Of a DNA stretch of 38,358 bases, positions 35,100 through 38,358 are shown in pieces. Each line of letters begins with the position of its first letter. Positions within the stretch are counted from its first letter, which is position 1. The DNA comes from Octopus bimaculoides (Eukaryota). The translations under genes and the position numbers were made by a program. The stretch covers positions 169,211,410 to 169,249,767 of the forward strand of contig NC_068981.1 in assembly GCF_001194135.2 (NCBI RefSeq). The letters run 5' to 3'. Under the pieces are notes generated by a model. That model made no database searches, was not told the origin of the DNA, and saw only the letters and a list, made by a program, of their open reading frames with translations.

Positions 35100-36315
35100 T
35101 CAAAGAAATATCAGCTTTAAAACTGCATGAACACTATCATCGATAGTAAAAGAACAGTAGACAGAAAGGGCCATTGAGAAAATGAAAGCATGAAGTCGCT
35201 GTATCATCCGTTGAATCTCTGATAGAGGAAGACGACAGTCTGTATAGTGGTGTAGAATACAGTTGAGATTCTGTAGAAGCAATACTGCTCCATTATCAGC
35301 AACCGAAAGAAAACCCCAGTAACCCTATCTTTCATATCATTTGATGCAGCTATTAACAAATTTACAAACAACATAGCTGCAGGTCCCGACAGGTTCCTGC
35401 TAAAGTCCTGAAGGAGTGCGGATAAAATACTCCCATTCGATTTAGTTATGCTCTGGAGAAGATCATTGGACGCTGGCTATATTCCTAATATCCATTTTGC
35501 AATCCAATGTCCCTGTTTCAAAAAGGGTAACAAATTGCTGGCAGTGAATTACTGAGCGATCTTTACTCACATATCAAATTATATGAGAAAGTGGTGAGAT
35601 AACAACTAACTCACTTCTTGGAAAGTAACAGCCTACTTATTCTCAACCAGCATAGAGTTGTGTCGACGCCCCCAGGCGAAGAAGTAGGATCTCCCAAGAC
35701 ATATAAATAGAGGTAGCCTGGCTGTGGTAGGTGTGTTGAGTACCAGTCGAGTAGAAGTTGTGTAGCGGTTGAGTAGAGATCATCCGAAGGTGCTAGATAG
35801 CAGTAGCTTGAGACATAACAGGTAGGAACTGCCTGACACAGCTCCTAAAGGCTCAGGGAAAGGGCTCCAATACAGATGCCATACATCTCGACTCCAGCCA
35901 GACCTTCGACGAGGCTTAGCACAGGATCCTATTAAAGAAACTATCCAACAGTCAAGACCGAGCGAAAATATTCAAGTGGATTGATTTTTGCTGGTGAACG
36001 GAACCCAACTTGTGGTGATAGATGGTGTTCGATCAAAGTTGGCAAGAGACACTAGTTAAGAAACTGCATTGGGTCCACTCCTTTTCATTATTCACAAGCA
36101 TGACATCATTGACGTTATCACACACAGCAACATTTGAATTTTTGTGGATAATACTAAGCTTCTAGAGGTCGTCGACAGGGCAAGAGAACAGACTAATTTC
36201 CAATCGGGTCTGTTCGCTATTATCCAACAGGTGGAAAAACAATATGAACTTAAACGAGAATAAATTTAAATTAATCCACTTCAGTAAAGAGGTTGCACTT
36301 AAGCTATGGTTTCCT
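35100..36315 (+). pseudogene. CR1-group LINE ORF2 reverse-transcriptase remnant with many stops and frameshifts
   Basis: Collinear RT motifs: EIL*KQYCS, AAGPDRF, LWRRSLDAGYIP, FKKGNK..AVNY, FLESNSLLILNQH, GRNCLTQLL, DAIHLD...FD, TQLVVIDGVRS, LGPLLFII, IFVDNTKL (decayed FADDTK), NNMNLNENKFKLIHF. Confidence 0.9.
35661..35820 (+). mobile_element. 160-bp TG...CA insertion inside the LINE RT (candidate solo LTR)
   Basis: It splits the RT motif NQH(GF)/GRNCLTQLL. It begins TGT, ends ACA and contains TATAAATA (~35702). No clean TSD (agttg vs ggtag) and no AATAAA. Confidence 0.45.
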
Positions 36316-36876
36316 ATAACGAGATTATTTACAAAATATAAAGAATCTCCTTATATGAAACCATTGGTAATCTTGCTAACCACTCCCAAATAAAATGTGC
36401 GTGTATATATATATATATATGTTTGTTTTCGGGTGCGTATTTTGTATATGTGTGTGTGTGTAAGTTTACCTTAACTCAACGTTACTCGAGATGTACTAAC
36501 TGACCGGCGATATTTATTCATTATATTGGAAACCTGTCTATATTATAGTTTATTGCTTTTTTCTTTAAAGACTCTTTTATATTCTGGAATCTGTCTCTTG
36601 GAGTTTGAAACAGTGTAGTTGCTAAATCCGTTATCAACTTTTTCTGTAACATCATAATATATACACATTGATACATACGTAGATAGCAACACACACATAT
36701 ATACGCACACATACACACACGCACATATGTATATACGTATATACATTTATGTGAGAATTTTTATCGGTCTTTATGTATCTATCTACTTGTGTGTGTGTGT
36801 GTTCGCGCGCACGTGTTAGAAAACCTGTCGTCGAGATAAATACGCGAACATTTTTTCTTCTTGCATTTATGTTCAG

Positions 36877-36966
36877 AGAAAGGTGTTTCCTGATGGACCG
36901 TTTCATGTCCTGTTGAAAGCTGGACAGAGAAATCGCACTGTTTCCTTCATCAGTCAAGAGCATTGA
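36877..36966 (+). CDS. Possible terminal coding exon (RKVFPDGPFHVLLKAGQRNRTVSFISQEH* in phase 0, or E-KGVS* if spliced directly to 25691)
   Basis: Strong acceptor ttttttcttcttgcatttatgttcag| followed by GC-richer non-repetitive sequence. There is no donor and no homology support. Confidence 0.3.
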   Translation, partial: RKVFPDGPFHVLLKAGQRNRTVSFISQEH

Positions 36967-37467
36967 ACACTATTCGTCGATATTAAATAGTCAGAACTTA
37001 GATTATTCTCATGTTAGTTTCATTTCCATGTTCAAAGTCTTTGTCGAACTTTCATTTTAAAAATGTATATCATATACTATTGAAATACATTGAATAATCC
37101 TTAATAAAGCTTTTATGTGTGTGAGTGCGTGTGTGTTTGTGTGCTTTAAGGTAGCATAATATTGAATATCCAGAGTTTCTGAGGCTACATCACATTGAAA
37201 ATACTGGTTCTCGAAATATCGACGAAGCTAATCAACGTCGAGCTTACACACTATGTAGATGGATAATTGCTTGAAAACCTTGGTCAGGAAGTATTTTCAA
37301 TTCTGCATAGTAGATTTAATCTGTTGCACCGTTTAACATGTCCTCGCAATACTTTGTTGACTTCAAATGATTCCATTATTTCGCAGATATTTTGGTCAAC
37401 TTTCGAGTCATTGAATAATTAAAGAGGGAGGCGCACTAACTTTACTAGTTGACTAAACCGGTATACA

Positions 37468-37471
37468 TACC

Positions 37472-37530
<59 letters not shown>
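37468..37530. repeat. (TACA)n-(TA)n microsatellite
   Basis: Directly visible. Confidence 0.95.
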
Positions 37531-37531
<1 letters not shown>

Positions 37532-38358
37532 CAATATTAAATCTCTGAGCGAGAAGTAAACAGTAGCAGTACGGAATCGTAAAATATAATTGCCAACTAA
37601 ATGTGGCGGTCCCATAGATGACGATGCTACTGTTGTTTTTAGACACAAGCGGACATCGCCTGCAGCTGGCTAACGACACACTGTCTGTGCCCGATTAGCA
37701 TTTTCTCGTTAGCCAGATGGAGATGTCCTCCTGGGGCTCAAAACAACAGTGTGCTTTTTCGTATGTGCAAATTTATTTGTACTTACACCATGCTTCGGAA
37801 TCTGAGCCAATTTTTCGTGCGCCTCTTTGTTTTATATATTCTTGTACGTGTTCATACGTTCACCATGAAGATTTCGCACATCATATTGACACACTATTAT
37901 ACACAAATATACACAGACAAGCACAAATTCACGCACTCACATATGTTGACTTTCAAAGGCACAGTCGTATGAATTCACACATAGAAATACACATCGGGGT
38001 AGTTATATAAACGTACACAAAATGATGGGAAGAACAAATAAATTTCTATCTTGTTTATATAGAGAGAGATGCTTCATGCTAAATCAACATAATTTTTCTT
38101 TAACGGTGAATAATATTGAAGAAATTCATGGCGAAGGACATAATGAATTAAAATTAATTTCAATGAGTTCTTTGAAGTCGCAAAGTAGCATTCTCTCTTG
38201 TGAGTTAAGTATAATTATTGCAATATACATGCCAATAGCGCGCTGCTTGTGCGTGTATAAGTATTTGGACATACACGTAAACATATATACATGTATACAT
38301 ACATACATACATATATAAATACATACATACGTCTATATGTGTAGTTATATATATATAT

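Noticed and set aside
37600-38010. ORFs 37717-38010 and 37751-37972, and a minus-strand 15-bp microexon at ~37790
   Set aside because: No domain similarity; the microexon lacks a polypyrimidine tract; the region looks like decayed repeat.

Overview
Eukaryotic, AT-rich, repeat-dominated DNA that is probably intronic or intergenic. The very high microsatellite density and the tRNA-derived SINE types suggest an octopod cephalopod; this is an inference, not a database result. About 5.4 kb (~14%) is N gaps (13 gaps). Almost all ORFs in the supplied track are artefacts of microsatellites or gaps. What the sequence supports: (i) a mariner DNA transposon with 30-bp TIRs and TA flanks (6570-7997); (ii) an internally deleted Helitron with both termini and a RepHel N-terminal remnant (27713-29136), plus a second set of Helitron ends (2920 and 4442); (iii) three CR1/L2-group LINE ORF2 remnants, one interrupted by a 160-bp TG...CA solo-LTR-like insert; (iv) about 11 SINE copies from at least four families, including SINE-in-SINE and MITE-in-SINE nests, and a SINE family whose 3' tail matches an adjacent LINE 3' end; (v) one convincing but unidentified 148-bp host coding exon (25544-25691, +), missing from the ORF track, and two weaker exon candidates. 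There are no rRNA genes, bona fide tRNA genes or CRISPR arrays, and no prokaryotic features. I found no clearly new multi-gene system. The interest lies in TE nesting, the LINE-SINE partnership and the orphan exon.
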